From assembly GCF_009914755.1 (NCBI RefSeq), contig NC_060944.1: DNA of 64,000 nt; one strand, 5' to 3'. The translations under genes and the position numbers were made by a program. This document shows, in pieces, positions 29,075-42,989 of this stretch (position 1 is the first letter of the stretch; every line of letters starts with the position of its first letter). The DNA is from the human T2T-CHM13v2.0 reference genome, Homo sapiens. The notes under the pieces are model-generated. The model made no database searches. It was not told the DNA's origin and saw only the letters and a list, made by a program, of their open reading frames with translations.

Positions 29075-29420
29075 GTGTAAGTTAGGATATTGCCTAAGAT
29101 GCTGTTTAAAAAAAAATTATAGTGGTTTTACATGATAGAAGTGTATTTCTCTCTCTCTCCAACCATACTCAACACATGGTGTCTATCTCTGGCTTGTTCA
29201 AGAGGGTGGTGTCAATCATCTCCAGCTGTAACCATTAGGAATTGGGAAAGAGGCACGGGAAGTCACACCCAGCTCTTCTGGGGAGCATCGCACGCCACTT
29301 CTGCTCATATCTCATTAACCATAATTTACTCACATGGCCACAACCCAGCTATGAGGGAAGTTGGGAAATGTAGTCTCAAGCTGGGCAACCATCTGCTCCA
29401 CTAAAATATGAGTGTTACAT
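29075..29420 (-). mobile_element. Old MaLR LTR (MLT1J/K-like)
   Basis: acttctgctcatatctcattaacc...cacatggccacaacccagctatgagggaagttgggaaatgtagtct. Confidence 0.65.
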
Positions 29421-29474
29421 TGTTGTAATAAAAGACATAAGAGAGAGGAGAAAACACTAGCAGTCTTTTGCATA

Positions 29475-29625
29475 CATCATAATGGAAAAGACTTTAAACT
29501 ATGGAGTCAGACTGATCAATTTTGGCTCCACTCCTTACCAGTTATGTATTATTAAGGACCATTTAGCCTTTTTGAACCTCAGGTTCCTCATTGGTAAAAT
29601 GAGAATGATAATAACAACCTCTCAG
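29475..29625 (+). mobile_element. MIR
   Basis: tggagtcagactga...gaacctcaggttcctcattggtaaaatgagaatgataata. Confidence 0.75.
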
Positions 29626-31176
29626 TTCCTCATTTTATAAGTCTCCCTATATCCCAATCATCCTCACTAGGGAGAGAAATCTGAACAGTCAAATCCACCC
29701 ATGGTTCCAAATCCAGGCTAAGTTATCCAAGGGCACCGAGTGTTCAACACTGCCCATTTCTCAGTTCTGATTAGTGATATCAAAAGAGAATGGGCCACAC
29801 CATGATTTTATTACTGACACTGACTTAAATCAAGGTCAGTGAGGAAAACAACTGTTCTGTTATGGGAAGCTTTCTTGAGCACACAGGCTCCAAGTTTTTG
29901 TCAGTAAAGTTATTTTCTTTGTGAGATTATTCCTTTTTCTCTTGCACAAAACCTTGCCAAACACTGGTGTACCTTTGTCCACTGAGGAAATAACTAGCCC
30001 ACGTGTGACTCTCTCTCTTCTTATTGTTTTCTTCATTTGTATATGTCTTTTTTTCTTCTTAGTATTATTGTAATGTCATTAACACAGGGAAAGAGCCCTG
30101 TGTCAATGGCCATGGAAACAGAGCAACGGAGCACAGCTTTAATTGAACTACAGCCTCCTTTCCATCACACCTTTTGCTTGGCCCAAACCATTTTGTAATC
30201 ACTGGAGTATAAATATTGTAGTTTTTGTCCCTTGTTTTGTCTTTCTCTCCATAAGGTCTGAGTGACCTCACACATTCCACTTTTCCAGATAAGACCTAAT
30301 ACCTTCCCCTTCTCCAAAACAATAGATTTTCTCCTCTGATACCTCTCATTCAACATCTACATTTGCAAACTGTTGCAAGGATTTAATGAGGTGATACATG
30401 CAAAGTTCTTAGAACCAATCATAATGCACAGTAAATGCTAAATTAAAAGTTGGCTCCTCCACAAACAACATAGAGTTGGTTCTGAGTTTAGCTTCCAATC
30501 CCTCCCCACTAAGAAATGGGTCAAGCCATTATCCAAATGTATCTAATGGAATTATCTATGTTCTTTGGCTTAAATTCTTCATTATTCATTCTTCCATGCC
30601 AGAGCAGTCTTCACTGAAACATCAAAAGGCTGCTTACTAATATCAGGGAATTCCCTGACTGCAATTGCCCAAAGGACACGCCCTAAACTAAAGTCTAGAA
30701 CAGCTGTGGAGCTAAAGAAGTAGGCATCCCATGCCATGCTCTGCAAATTGCCTTCCAGTAATTCTTTATTGTACAGGAATGGCTTCTGTCTCTTTATGTT
30801 AGCCATTCCATCATGGTTTCCTCTCCCTGAACATTTTCTCTCTCTGCTCAATTGCATCTTCTAAGGCGGCCAAATGGAGTTTTGAAGCCAGCTCCTTTTA
30901 GTGTATGGAAATTTCCAGATTGAGATTGTTTCCCATTGGGCAATACCACAAGCATGACTCATCTGATGATGTACTCAATGTGTTCCCTGTCTCTGTAGAA
31001 CTCTGGAGTCTTATAATTTAACATTATATGCATTATAGGATAAATGGTACATTATAATATGATGAAAATTGATATTAAAAGGCAGAAATCATTGCTGTCA
31101 ATTTTTAGCTTCTTCACCATAATTTCTCAACTAATGTTAGAGACTCATTTTTTACCTCCCCACTAGGAGTCTCTAG

Positions 31177-31561
<385 letters not shown>

Positions 31562-32042
31562 ATAGTTGCACATTTTTAATTAATGCTTATCTTTTGCTAG
31601 TCACTGTGCTATTTTTACAAAGATAAAATAATGGGGAAGATAAACAAGATCTTTTCTTTATTAAGCCTCAAATTTGTTCTCAACGTACTAGACTTTTTCT
31701 GCTTCTCTGTACCAGTGATTCTATCCAGAACAGCTGCTCCCTTGTTCTTTGCCTATGCAAAGAGTATTTAAAGTCTTTATTCTCCATGGAAGCTTCCCAA
31801 ATTATTGCAGCCCAGAGTGAAGAGAGAACCTTTCTTATCGCACACACATTTTCTAAATCAATTAAAAATTTGAGGAGTTATAGGTTATGTACAACAAAAA
31901 ATGATTCTGAATGTCTTAAATTATACATACATATATTATATATGTACATATATTCATTCATTGTTCTTATATATAAGAATTTAATTATATATCTCATATA
32001 AAATTATGTATATATCTATACACACACGCACACATATATGTA

Positions 32043-32488
32043 CAGTTGGCCCTTGAACAATGCAGAGGTTAGGGGCATCAACTACCCCAACAGAGTCGAA
32101 AATCCACATATAATTTTTGACTCCCCCCCAAACTTAACTACTAATAGCCTACTGTTGACTGGAAGCCTTACTGATAGCATAAACCGTTGATTGAGACATA
32201 TTTCTTATGTTATATGTATTATATACTGTATTCTTACAATAAAGTAAATTAGAGAAAAGAAAACATTATGAATAAAAACATAAGGAAGAGAAAATATATT
32301 TACTATTCATTAAGCGGAAGTAGATCATCATAAAGTTCTTTATCCTCATAGTCTTCAGATGGACTAGGCTGAGGAGGAGAAGGAAGAGGGAAGGTTGGTC
32401 TTGCTGTCTCAGGAGTGGGAAAGATGGAAAAACATCTGTGTATAAATGGACCCCCTAATTCAAACTTGTGTTGTTCAACAGTCAGTTG
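32043..32488. mobile_element. Tigger2a (MER28), near full length
   Basis: TIRs cagttggcccttgaacaa / ttgttcaacagtcagttg. Internal aaacttaactactaatagcctactgttgactggaagcctta. Confidence 0.85.
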
Positions 32489-32923
32489 CATATATTTGAA
32501 GTATATGAGGGATTCCCCAAATTAATGAGCAATTGGAGAACCAGGTTAGAACCATGGCAATTCAAGAGTAGACAGGAGACAAGGATCACAACATTCTCCT
32601 TTTAGCAGGAACAATCAATCACCCAGTTATTTTGGGTGCAAAATAATACCACAGTCCTGTATGCTGCTGATGCCACTGCTCCTGGACACTGGGGAAACTA
32701 CTGTGAGTGAGTTCAAATGTTCTCACAGCTATAGATTCAAAAGTCCAGAGCAGGCACATCCAACTAGCCAAGTTTTGATTTCGTGGCTGCCAGAGGGATG
32801 GTAAAGTCCAGTCTTTCAACTTTTTACAGTGGAAGGTAAAGGCACAATCTCTCACTTACTCTACATGCAATGAGAGTTTCTCTAACACTGGAAAGAGAAA
32901 TACAAATGACAAAGAAATGACAA

Positions 32924-32970
32924 GGTCTTTGTCAGAGAAACAGAGCCAACAGGGTAGATAGATGACAGAT

Positions 32971-33016
<46 letters not shown>

Positions 33017-33456
33017 GATTTATTATGAGAAATTGGCTCGCGTGACTATGGAGGCTAGGAAATAAAGCAACCTTCTGTCTGCAAGCTAGAGGCCCAGGAA
33101 AGCTGATGGTTTCATTCCCGTTCAAGCCTGAGGCCTAAAAACCAGGAGAGCCAATGATGTAAGTCCTAGTCCAAAGGCTTGAGAACCAGGAACACCAATG
33201 TCCAAGGGTAGAAGATGGATGTCCCTGCCCAAGCAGAGAGAGCAAATTCACCCTTCTTCTTCCTTTATTCTGCTCAGGCTCTTGACAGATTGGCTGATGC
33301 CCACCTGCACTGGTAAGAGTGATCTTTACTCAGTCTAATGATTCTAATGTTAATCTCCTCCAGAGATATCCTCACAGGTATATATGGAAATAATGTTTTA
33401 CCAGCTATCTGGACATCCCTCAGCCCAGTCAAGTTGACATGTAAAATTAACCATCA
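32924..33456 (-). mobile_element. ERVL LTR (MLT2C/D-like)
   Basis: cagagaaacagagccaacagg...gagatttattatgagaaattggctc...cccagtcaagttgacatgtaaaattaaccatca. Confidence 0.85.
32955..33014 (+). repeat. (GATA)n tetranucleotide STR
   Basis: 11 perfect GATA units at 32971-33014, preceded by tagatagatgacagat. Confidence 0.95.
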
Positions 33457-34549
33457 TCGTTCCCTCTACCAATCATGACTATATTGTGATCCTTTTAGAA
33501 AATTATTATCATTGCCTTTTTTAACCTTTGCACTGTTTATTCTCTAAACAGACACAGAGTTTGTTGCCAGCTATCTCCCCAACCAAGTCTCTTCAGGCCA
33601 AGAACAGGTATTATAAAATACTTTGTGCATGACTTCATGGTGACTCACTCACAGTAGGTACTTATGAAGTAATTTATAGCCTAATAAATGCTGGGAATTA
33701 ATCCTGTTGGCCCCTTTTCCAGCATTTAGTGCGACCTATAATGAAGAATTTGAGTCTTTGGAACAAATTTCAAGTCATTTCATAATTATTCAAAATTATG
33801 TCTATTTAACAACATATCCTGTGTTTACTTTTAAGCAGTGGAAGAGTGCTTATAATAGAAACAATAGAACAATTCAGTATTAAATATATCTTTACATGTG
33901 CTGTTTAGCCACTTGAGGGGAAACAATTTTCTAACAAGTGGCAATGGTCAAGAAAGCTATGAAATTTAGGCCAGTTGTCACAGAAAATAACTTATTAGTT
34001 GCTAAGCTACCAGTCCTAAAAGGAACTCAATTAGAGGAGACAAACAGCCTTAACTAGACCTACTTTATTGGAGAGTAGAACGTTGTAGCTGTCAGGTGAT
34101 TCTGGTGGATGTGTGGCAGGCAAAGTGATTGACAAACTGGTCTTCGCTTGGCATGAAATTTGGCTTTGAATTAGTGAGTGACTGACAGGCGGGTGTCATC
34201 TGAAAATGTGGATTGTGTCTTGGAGGGGCTATTTTGCAACAAAGTGATTGACACATTACAGAGATTGTCCCATAGATGGAGAAAACCAAATAGAGATTTG
34301 TTTTGACAAGCATTTCCTTTTTACCTGTTCATTTTGTATACAGAGAAGAGAGAGAAGGGAAGCCCTCATAAGTGCTAATTGATTTCTCCAGTGAATATCG
34401 GAATGATGGTGGCCATGGAATGCACAGAAAGAGACCTGGACAGAGAGGAGTCAAAAGACAGGTGTTAAAGTTGAATCTTATATATATTAAAATTTTAACA
34501 AATAACCCCGTTTTTTACAGAGGCTGTCACATTAATAGAATATAAGTCT

Positions 34550-35030
34550 AGAGGTGTTGGCAGCCATCTTTGCCACCTCATGTGAATAGGGTTGCCAGAT
34601 CAAATACAGGATGGCCCATTAAGATGAATTTCAAATAAAGAATGAATAATTTTATTATGTGTCCCAAATATTGCATGGGATATACTGAAACTTAAAAAAA
34701 ATCATTGTTTATCTAAATTCAAATGTATCTGGGCATCTTGTATTTTTATTAGCTAAATCTGGCAACTGTATGTGCAATAAACCTGCTTAGGCATGAAGCC
34801 CATACATGGAAAACTGGAGACAAGAGGTGGCAAGAGACAGATTCCTGGTGTTGTCCTTTGCACACCTGGATCCAGCTATGCCCAAAGCTTACTCTAATCA
34901 TGCTCCTCTCAGATTCAAGCAGCACACACACACACGCACGCACACGTGCACACACACACACAACACTGTTTTACTAAACTCGCTTGAGTTACTGAGTTTA
35001 GTTGCTCCCTGGCAACCAGAGAACTCCTTC
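34550..35030 (+). mobile_element. Old MaLR LTR (MLT1K/L-like), interrupted by MER53 and a (CA)n at ~34924-34962
   Basis: ggcagccatctttgccacc...cacctggatccagctatgccc...cctggcaaccagagaactcc. Confidence 0.6.
34587..34770. mobile_element. MER53 (hAT, palindromic MITE)
   Basis: TIRs tagggttgccagat / atctggcaactgta. Centre gtcccaaatattgcatgggat. Confidence 0.85.
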
Positions 35031-35579
35031 TACTTCACACTTTTTCTCTTCATTTTAGTTACCGGGTTATATTCTAATTGGAGGCAGCATTATTTTATCC
35101 AATACAAGGTAAGCTATTTTCTGGAAATGTGTCTGACTGCCATCAAAATGGTCATTTGTCTTCTTGAATTACAAACAGTTTTTCTGGTGATTCCAAACTT
35201 TCTTCATCCTTCTCCAACTTTATTGACCTCCACTGCTATTTTTCTGAAAGCTAACAGTTAATACTTTCCTTTCAAGCCACCCATTTTAAAAAGTAATTTA
35301 AAAGAATTATTTAGAAATTTTTAATTATTTTTAAATTATTTAAATCTTAGATATTTATAAAATCTTATAGAGAAATTAGAAGCTGAGGAACAACTTGGAA
35401 ATTTTATTGTCACTTGTTGCTAAAAATATTGAATAAATAGCTCTGCCCATTTCTTGTCTTTTTTAAATGTAGTTGACCAACCATCTTTCTGGCCAATAAA
35501 ATGTTTATGTGTTACTTGTAAGCTACCTTGTCTCACAAAGTATTTGAGCGTGCTCTGAACAAGAAAAAAATAAAAAGTG

Positions 35580-36070
35580 GGTTGTCTTATTAATCTGTGC
35601 TTTTTGGATGTAAGCAACAGAAACCAACTTACTTGACTGATATAAAATGCTGTTATGTTTTATAAAGGTAGGAATGTCTCAAGGAACACAAAAGACTGGG
35701 ATACAGCCAGCCTTTAGGAAGAGACTGGACTCAAAAACTAGAAAACCACTGAGGCACTTTCTCTCCCTCCCTCACCTCCCTTTTCATTTCTACTCTACTT
35801 TCTTTACTCTAGACTTTGATCACACTATAGACAGATTTCCTCCGTGCTTAGTCTGTTTGGTGGAATATGGTGAAATATGGTGACCCCAGATTTACATGAG
35901 TCAGGTTCAGTGACACAAACTATCAGTCCCAGTCCTCAGGAGACAGAATGTGATTTATGCAAGTGTTCTTGCTCAATCCACTTGAGGAAGTGAGCAAGGT
36001 CACATGATACAAACATGGCTACCAAGGATCCATCCCTGTGGATTGCAGCCCATTTTCAGAGTTAAGAGAA
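35580..36070 (-). mobile_element. Old MaLR LTR (MLT1-type)
   Basis: ttggatgtaagcaacagaaaccaact...ggtcacatgatacaaacatggct. Confidence 0.55.
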
Positions 36071-36624
36071 CATATAACTCCTAGAGTTATGTAAGTTGCC
36101 AGTGTGATAGTTATTAAGCAATGACTTCTCAGCTCTCAATCCCTCTTCTATACTCTGTTCTGTGAATCTGGAGGCTGGGATGCTACAAATTCCATAGCTC
36201 TTGGATAGGTAGGCATAAAAGGTTGTCTAAAACAGAATTTTAGCTAATGCCATCCTGTCCAAGCTTGGCTGTGAGAGCAAGGTTGGTGGTCCAGATACCT
36301 ACACTAAGAATGGTCTATGGTCCCTTGAAATGGTATTTGAAGTACCTGGACTACAACACTGTACCTGGGCTATGATTCCAAGTGTCTGTCTACTGGCTAA
36401 TATGGATCAATGGAATATGAGTAGGAAATATGTAAAAAAAAATCAAATAAATCTATAAATATGAATTTTTAAAATAATCTCAAAGTGTCTCTAATGTGTG
36501 TATATTTAAAGAATTTTATTTCAGAAAACTCACTCTGTTGAGTTCATTTTGAAGAGTCTAAAGGAAGTGGATGGACAGCTGTGTTTGTAACTTCAAGTGC
36601 ATTAGAGGTTAAGGCAAGGTAGAG

Positions 36625-36905
36625 AGTGATGAAGGCTAAAGCCCCCTGGAGAAGAATCTCCAGGGACAGAAGCCTAGGTTCAAATCCTGTCAGTGCCACT
36701 CCCTAGCCCTGTGACATTGAACAAGTAACATAACCTTGTGTATCTATATCCTCATCAGCAAAGTTGAGCTAATGAGTGTACCTGACACATATGGTTGTGA
36801 AGGTTGGATGAGATGGTTCATTCAAGATGGTGAGCTAGCTATCTTGGCCTGGCTAACTCTTTGGGTCTGGACTAAAATAAGTACTCAATAAACGTCCACA
36901 TTATC
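36625..36905 (+). mobile_element. MIR
   Basis: cctaggttcaaatcctgtcagtgccactccctagccctgtgacattgaacaagtaacataacc. Confidence 0.7.
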
Positions 36906-37519
36906 CTACTTATTCTTACTTATCTTTTGGGTCTTGAGGTCTCTTGAATTTTATTTCAGGGGCTATGGGGAGGCAGTATGAGGAATTAAGCCATCTATGC
37001 TAAACTCCATGTGTGTACTGAATGACTATGACCTAGAGAAAGGAGAGAAAATGATGTGGGCACCATAAGCACAGAATTCAACAAACTATGATGACTTTGG
37101 CCGTAAGTGCTGCTTTATAGCTCTCTATAAAGCTGCCCATCAACAAGCTCCAGTCAGATGACCTGCAGTAATGAGAGTATGAAGAGAGCAGCATAGCAGA
37201 ACATTCCACCTGATGGAGACGCAGATCACAAGAAGGGCATTCCCATAAAGCACAGGGTGCCTTTCAATCTTTTTCTCCTCCTTCTCATCCCTTACCCTTG
37301 CCCCTCAATTTGTGGTATCACTCTCAGTTTCTAGCTCCCATTCATTCATTCATTTTTTCAATGAATCACGTTTTAATTTACTCATATATTCATTCAACTG
37401 TCTGCTCATCATTTTTAAAATTATTCATATAGAAAATATTTATTGAGCTAATTACTGCAGCTTGAATTTATTGGGCTCTTTGTATATGATGAGTTCTTAG
37501 ATATGTATGATAACAATAA

Positions 37520-37775
37520 GATAAACAGCATCAACATTTATTGAGCAGTTACTCTGTGTCCAGTGCTGTGATGAGTGTTGTACATGCATTATAATATTTT
37601 GTCTTCACAAAAGTCATCTGAGATAAGATGCTGTTATTACAGTATTTTTCTAGGTTGGGAGAAGTATCTTAGAGAATTTAGGTAAACTGTTCAAAGTCAC
37701 TTAGTTAGTAAATAGGGAGCCCAGGCTTCAAAATCATGTGTTTCTAACCTAACACACATGTTCTTAACCACATGG
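37520..37775 (-). mobile_element. MIR
   Basis: aacatttattgagcagttactctgtgtccag...aaagtcacttagttagtaaatagggagcccagg. Confidence 0.7.
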
Positions 37776-38039
37776 GGCAGGCTCAGCAGATCTAAAACTA
37801 GAGTCTTTATAATCTTATCTAATAATGAATTCATAGGGAAGGTGGTACTTAAACTGTGTTATAAATTATGAAACAGGGGACTAGTAATAAAATGACTTAA
37901 TGAGGTATTCATTCCAATTGAAAACAATATAGTAAACAAAACAACAAAGCAGAAACCCACAGAATGGCCCAATTTTCCTGGCATAACTCATCAAAAAAGT
38001 ATTATTAATAATATATCCATTTGCCAAAGCCAAATGATG

Positions 38040-38650
38040 AGTTACAAATCTTTCCTTTGAAAGGGATAGGAAATCCAACTCAAGAAAGCTTGAAGAATAA
38101 GAGGACATATGGACTTCTATCACTATAAAGGTGAAGGGCAGGACCAGCTTCAGGTACAGCTTGATCTGGTGACATCAGGACGAGCTTTGTTCCCTTCCAT
38201 TTTTTTCTGTCTATTTTCCACAGAGTCAGCCTATTCTTCAGGCCTCAGATAGGTTCCCATTGCCAATTCCAAAGTCTTCCATTTGGTAGCAAAGAAGCCA
38301 TTCAAGTCTTCATAGGTTCACACCACACAGACCACAGAAGGAATGGCTCTCCTCCTATGGCTGTCAAGGAGGAGCAAGTTCCCTCTCTTTCCCCAAGAAG
38401 CTTTAACAAACTTTTCTACAGATTTCGTTGCTTCTAAGTTTCTGCCCATCATGGATCAAATTATGGTTGCCAGAAGGGTGAGATGAGATGAGATTATTGA
38501 CTTTAGCCAGTCCTGAGAGCTGGGGAAAGGGTCAATACCACAAGAATGGCTGAGCACGGGACAGAATTAACTGCCCCAAAGCAAACTCCACGTGGTATTC
38601 TCTTACAGGGGAAGATGAATAGAAGTTAGGCAGCAAAGGACACTTGAGTC
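38040..38650 (-). mobile_element. Old MaLR LTR (MLT1K/L-like)
   Basis: gcttcaggtacagcttgatctgg...cctgagagctggggaaagggtcaat. Confidence 0.5.
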
Positions 38651-39521
38651 CACTGCACCAAACAATTCTGGATTTTTTGCTTAATTATTGAGTGGCTAAA
38701 CATATCTTCCTGAAGCATATAACAGCTCAATTTAGCACTCTACTAAACTGGAAATTTTACCTTATTCATTACCACATGGAAGCATTTTATAAACCAAATG
38801 CAACAACGTTTCTTCACAGGCATGAGTATATGTTTCATTTTTTTTCCCATCAAAGTGCTTCAGAAGTCCCAACTTTCATAATGTCTCAAGTGGAATTATT
38901 GTCATTATTTTCCTTTATATCAGCTTCATATCTTGCACAAATGAAGGTATCAACATGCACCATTTCAATTAAAGTCAGATTAAATACTGTGTTTCTTTAC
39001 AGGGATGGTATTTCAATTGCAATTCTTTCTGGGTTGTTTATTTGACAAATGTGTTTGGCATGTGTAAACTGCTGTGATCTACTTTTCTTTTTGTGACATT
39101 TTGGGCATAGGAAAAACTGCATGGCTTAGTGGATGACACAGTTTGCTACAAGTGGCAATATAAAAATTGGAAATTCTTGAACGATTTAACATTTCCCCTT
39201 CTAGTTACATTCTCTATCACAGAGGAGTGATATTCTGGGGGACTGGAACCAATCAGAGGATAGGAGTATAATTTTTACAAAACAAATGTATGTATAAATT
39301 ATCACTCTCTTCTCTCTTCTCCACAGATAGAGATACTAATAGATCCAGAGCGTGAGATGCTGATAGGGGTGTCATCTTCTACAACAATTCATCTTGTCAG
39401 TGAAAGGAAGAATTAAGCAACCTGAACCATTAAGATACACAGTTAGACTTCAGCATTATCCAGCACATCTCGACTACACTGGTGGAAGGAATGTGTGTTT
39501 CTTGTGTAGAAGAGAGAGCTG

Positions 39522-39620
39522 GTGTGTGCATGCATGCATGTATGTGTGTGTGTGCGTGCATGCGTGTGTGTGTGTGTGAAAGAGAGAGAAAGACAGAGAG
39601 ACAGAGAGGGAGAGAGAGAA
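39522..39620 (+). repeat. Compound (TG)n-(GA)n microsatellite
   Basis: gtgtgtgcatgcatg...tgtgtgtgaaagagagagaaagacagagag. Confidence 0.85.
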
Positions 39621-39833
39621 AAATAGATGGGGCAGGGCATATGATCTCAAGTCGGCCTCAGTCTTCACCCTTCCCTCTTGCCTCGGATCCAATGCATTCC
39701 ATTTGTGGTTACCTTCTTAGTCTCAACATGGACTTGAGTTCCTGGGCTTTTATCTAACCAGAGCCACCTAGACTAATAGTCTGGTGACTCTTCAATCCAA
39801 TACCCTTCAAGCATTTGTCCCACATACCATTAG

Positions 39834-40201
39834 TGTTTTAGTCCATTCTCACACTGCTAATAAAGACATACCCAAGACTGGGTAATTTATAAAGGAAAGA
39901 GACTTAATTGATTCATTGTTCAACATGGCTCTGGAGGCCTCAGGAAACTTACAATCATGGCGGAAGGGGCAGCTAATTCTTCATATGGCGGCAGCAAGAA
40001 GTGCTGAGCAAAAAGGGGAAAAGCCCTTTATAAAACCATCAGATCTGTGAAAACTTACTCACTATCATGAGAACAGCAGCATGGGGGTAAGTGCCCCCAT
40101 AATTTAGTTACTTCCCACCGGGTCCCTCCCATGACACTTGGGGATTATGGGAACTATAATTCAAGATGAGATTTGGGTGGGGACACAGCCAAACCATATC
40201 A
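39834..40201 (-). mobile_element. THE1 solo LTR (THE1C-like)
   Basis: tagtccattctcacactgctaataaagacatacccaagactgggtaatt...gatttgggtggggacacagccaaaccatatca. Confidence 0.9.
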
Positions 40202-40917
40202 GCTACTGAGGGTGGAATATGATTTTCTTTAAATTTTTTTTCAGAATCAGAATTACAATTTTACTTCCATTGGTTGAAAATGAGTCAATATTCTTTTTTT
40301 AAAAAGTAAATTAAAATATTTCCAACATTTCTGCAGTTTGTGTTTCTCTTTGGAATTCTTTTGTTAGTTTTTCTGAACCAAGCAGCTTCTTGGGAGTTAT
40401 ATTAAAAGGTTTAATATTCACAATATAAATCACATCCTTTGTAGGTTACAGCACACCACTCATTACATGGTTCTGGTATTTCTGCTGACCACAACTGCCA
40501 TCTTTGAGCCGATTGTAAATGCAGTGTATGTTAGTTACAAAATCTTAGCAGAAGCATTTCAGGGCTAATAAATGTGATGTTTTTGTATCTTTGCCTGGTT
40601 CATATTACAGTGGTATATGTTTTCATTAGAGAAGAACCAACATAGATTTCTCAACTCCTTCCATTAGTGTTCCTAAGCTCATTAGAGATTGGTACCCTGG
40701 GTAGCTGCCCAGCCAACCCACTTCTCAATCCACATCTGTGGGAGAAGGCGAAGGCATGAAAGAGGAATCACTGACTCACAGAATGTGTGAGCTTAAAGAC
40801 CTGACACTGGGAAATTTGCAAAGCAAAATTTTTAAAGTATTTCCATATTTTATTAAGTATTACAAGCTAAACTTGATTGTCTGTTTTTATTGCATACTCA
40901 GTTGCATGTAATTAATT

Positions 40918-41138
40918 CGGGAGTCAGCAAACTATGGTTTATGGCCCAATCCAGCCAGAAGCCTATTTTGTTAATAAAGTTTTATTGGAATACAGTCATG
41001 TTGATTAATTTACATATTGCTTATGGCTTCTTTCATACTACACCAGCAGAGTTGAGTAGTTGCAACAGAGGCCAGTATGGCCTGCAATGGCAAAATATTT
41101 ACTACGTGGTCCTTTAAGAAAAATTCTGTCTATCTCTG
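40918..41138 (-). mobile_element. MER58A
   Basis: gtcagcaaactatgg...aataaagttttattggaatacag...cagagttgagtagttgcaacagag. Confidence 0.85.
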
Positions 41139-41319
41139 ATCTAATTCTCTAAAGTAGTAGAAAAATTTATTACTTTTTAAATATAATTTATTTGAATGTT
41201 TAGATGCCCATGATATAAGCTCCTGTACTTCCTCTTCAGGACACTCGCGACATTTGCAATTCTCTATTCACTGGACATCTTCAGATTATAAGTTGCTTGG
41301 GGACTTCTACTGAATCTAA

Positions 41320-41740
41320 CTGTATCAATCAAGAATGCTTTTGACAGCAAGTAACAAAATACTTTTAACTGAGCCTTAAAAAATGAAGACTTGCCATATC
41401 TCACCTTATAAAAAGCCTGGATGAATAAGTCTAGATTCAACACAGAAGGCCAAGGATTGTGCAAACCATCATGGCCCCAGGCTTTGATTGTCCCTCCTGC
41501 TCCTCAGTGCTCATGCTAATTCTTTGTCTTCATGCATGTCCACCTCATGGTTGCAAATTTTTTGTTCCAGCTCCAGGCATCACATCCTCATACCAACATA
41601 TCAAGCAGAGAAGAAGGGGCATGAACAGGAAACTTTTTTCTTCTAAAGCTCTGATATTTTAACCTAGGAAGAAAACCACCAGCAGACTTCCCATTATATT
41701 TCATTTAGCAGAACGGATCACATTACTTCCAACCTTTTTC
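41320..41740 (-). mobile_element. Old MaLR LTR (MLT1J-like)
   Basis: cctcatggttgcaaa...ccagctccaggcatcacatcctca...ccagcagacttccc. Confidence 0.65.
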
Positions 41741-41999
41741 ACTGCTGTAATCACAGAGCTAGAACTAAACTGGAAGGTAGTGGACAATCCATAACAGTGT
41801 GTTGAGTGGTACATGGAAGAATGGATGAATTATAGACAAAAATCTTTCAAGTTTAGTTTAATTAGGTTTCCACAATGAGCAACGAAGGAAGGCAAGAGAG
41901 GAGATCCTTGATAGCAAAATTATTGGGGAACATCACTTTATCTTAACGTTTTTATTTTACACATAAGGAAAGTAAGACCCCAAAGTCGGAAGTGAGGTA

Positions 42000-42850
42000 T
42001 TATAGTGAATTTTTATGATTTCTGATTTTCCAGCATCCATGAACCACCTTTCTGGTAGCATCTCTTTAATCTGAACAACCCACTTTCTCCAACGATGTAA
42101 TTCAAATGAAGCAGGTGGCAGACCTGGCCCCGGGAGAGAGCATCTGTCCCTGAATCATCACCATTCTATCCCCCTGACCTCAGGGCTGCGTTCAGAGATG
42201 GGCACATGAACCAAGGTAACCCAGGGAGGAGGAGTGCAGAGCTTTGGCGAGTGCTGCCAGGAATGAGGCTGCTGGTGATCATTGTGGGGGCAGCCAGGCT
42301 GAGAGTGAAGCCCTCACAGAAGGAAACTGGAGCTCTATGACGTCATTGATGAGCACCTAGATGTAACTGTGCCTGAACTTGATATTTTATCTATTATAAA
42401 TAACAGAAAGCCCAACTTGAAGCGTTCTAAGTTTTTTGGCTCATTTATACATCTAGTCATAAGATAGATGTACTCGAGTGTGTTTATTCAGTGGATCAAT
42501 GGTGCCATCAAGATCCTAGGTTTTTATTTCCAGGCCTCCTCATAGTTATGAGATAGCTGCCAGTAACAATTTTTTCCCTCCTAGATCAGTAAATAAAAGC
42601 TCCCAAGCCGCATTTCTGAGATTCTGCTCCATTGGGCCCTTTCTTACATATGAACCAATCACTGTGATCAGTGAGGGAAGGGAATGCGCTGATTGGCTTA
42701 AGCCCTGGAGCTGGGGGTGGGGTCTCCTTCTCTGGAAGTACAGAAGTCAAATGAGAAAGCATTAGATACCCACAGGAAAATCTGAGTTATATCAGAAAGG
42801 ATTGATGGCGTGAATGCTGGGAGGAAAAACAGCAGTGTCCATTAAAACTA
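42000..42850. mobile_element. Adjacent old MaLR LTR pieces (MLT1K/L-like, opposite orientations)
   Basis: gttcagagatgggcacatgaaccaa...gagcacctagatgtaactgtgcctgaa (+), then tgaaccaatcactgtg...gctgattggcttaagcc (-). Confidence 0.55.
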
Positions 42851-42989
42851 TCAACTGCTGGACTTCTGGGTTATATGCAGCCAAATTTTTCCTTTTGTCC
42901 TTAGGCCAATTTGACTTAATTTTCTCTCCTTTGTAACTAAAGGGTAGTTATTGATGGTGATAAATGCTGTCACTGGGAATGGAAGTCAG

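Noticed and set aside
39834-40201. THE1 LTR lacking a matching 5-bp TSD (attag vs gctac), a possible inter-LTR recombination scar
   Set aside because: A 5-bp TSD is too easily lost by mutation or boundary error to support the claim without orthologues.
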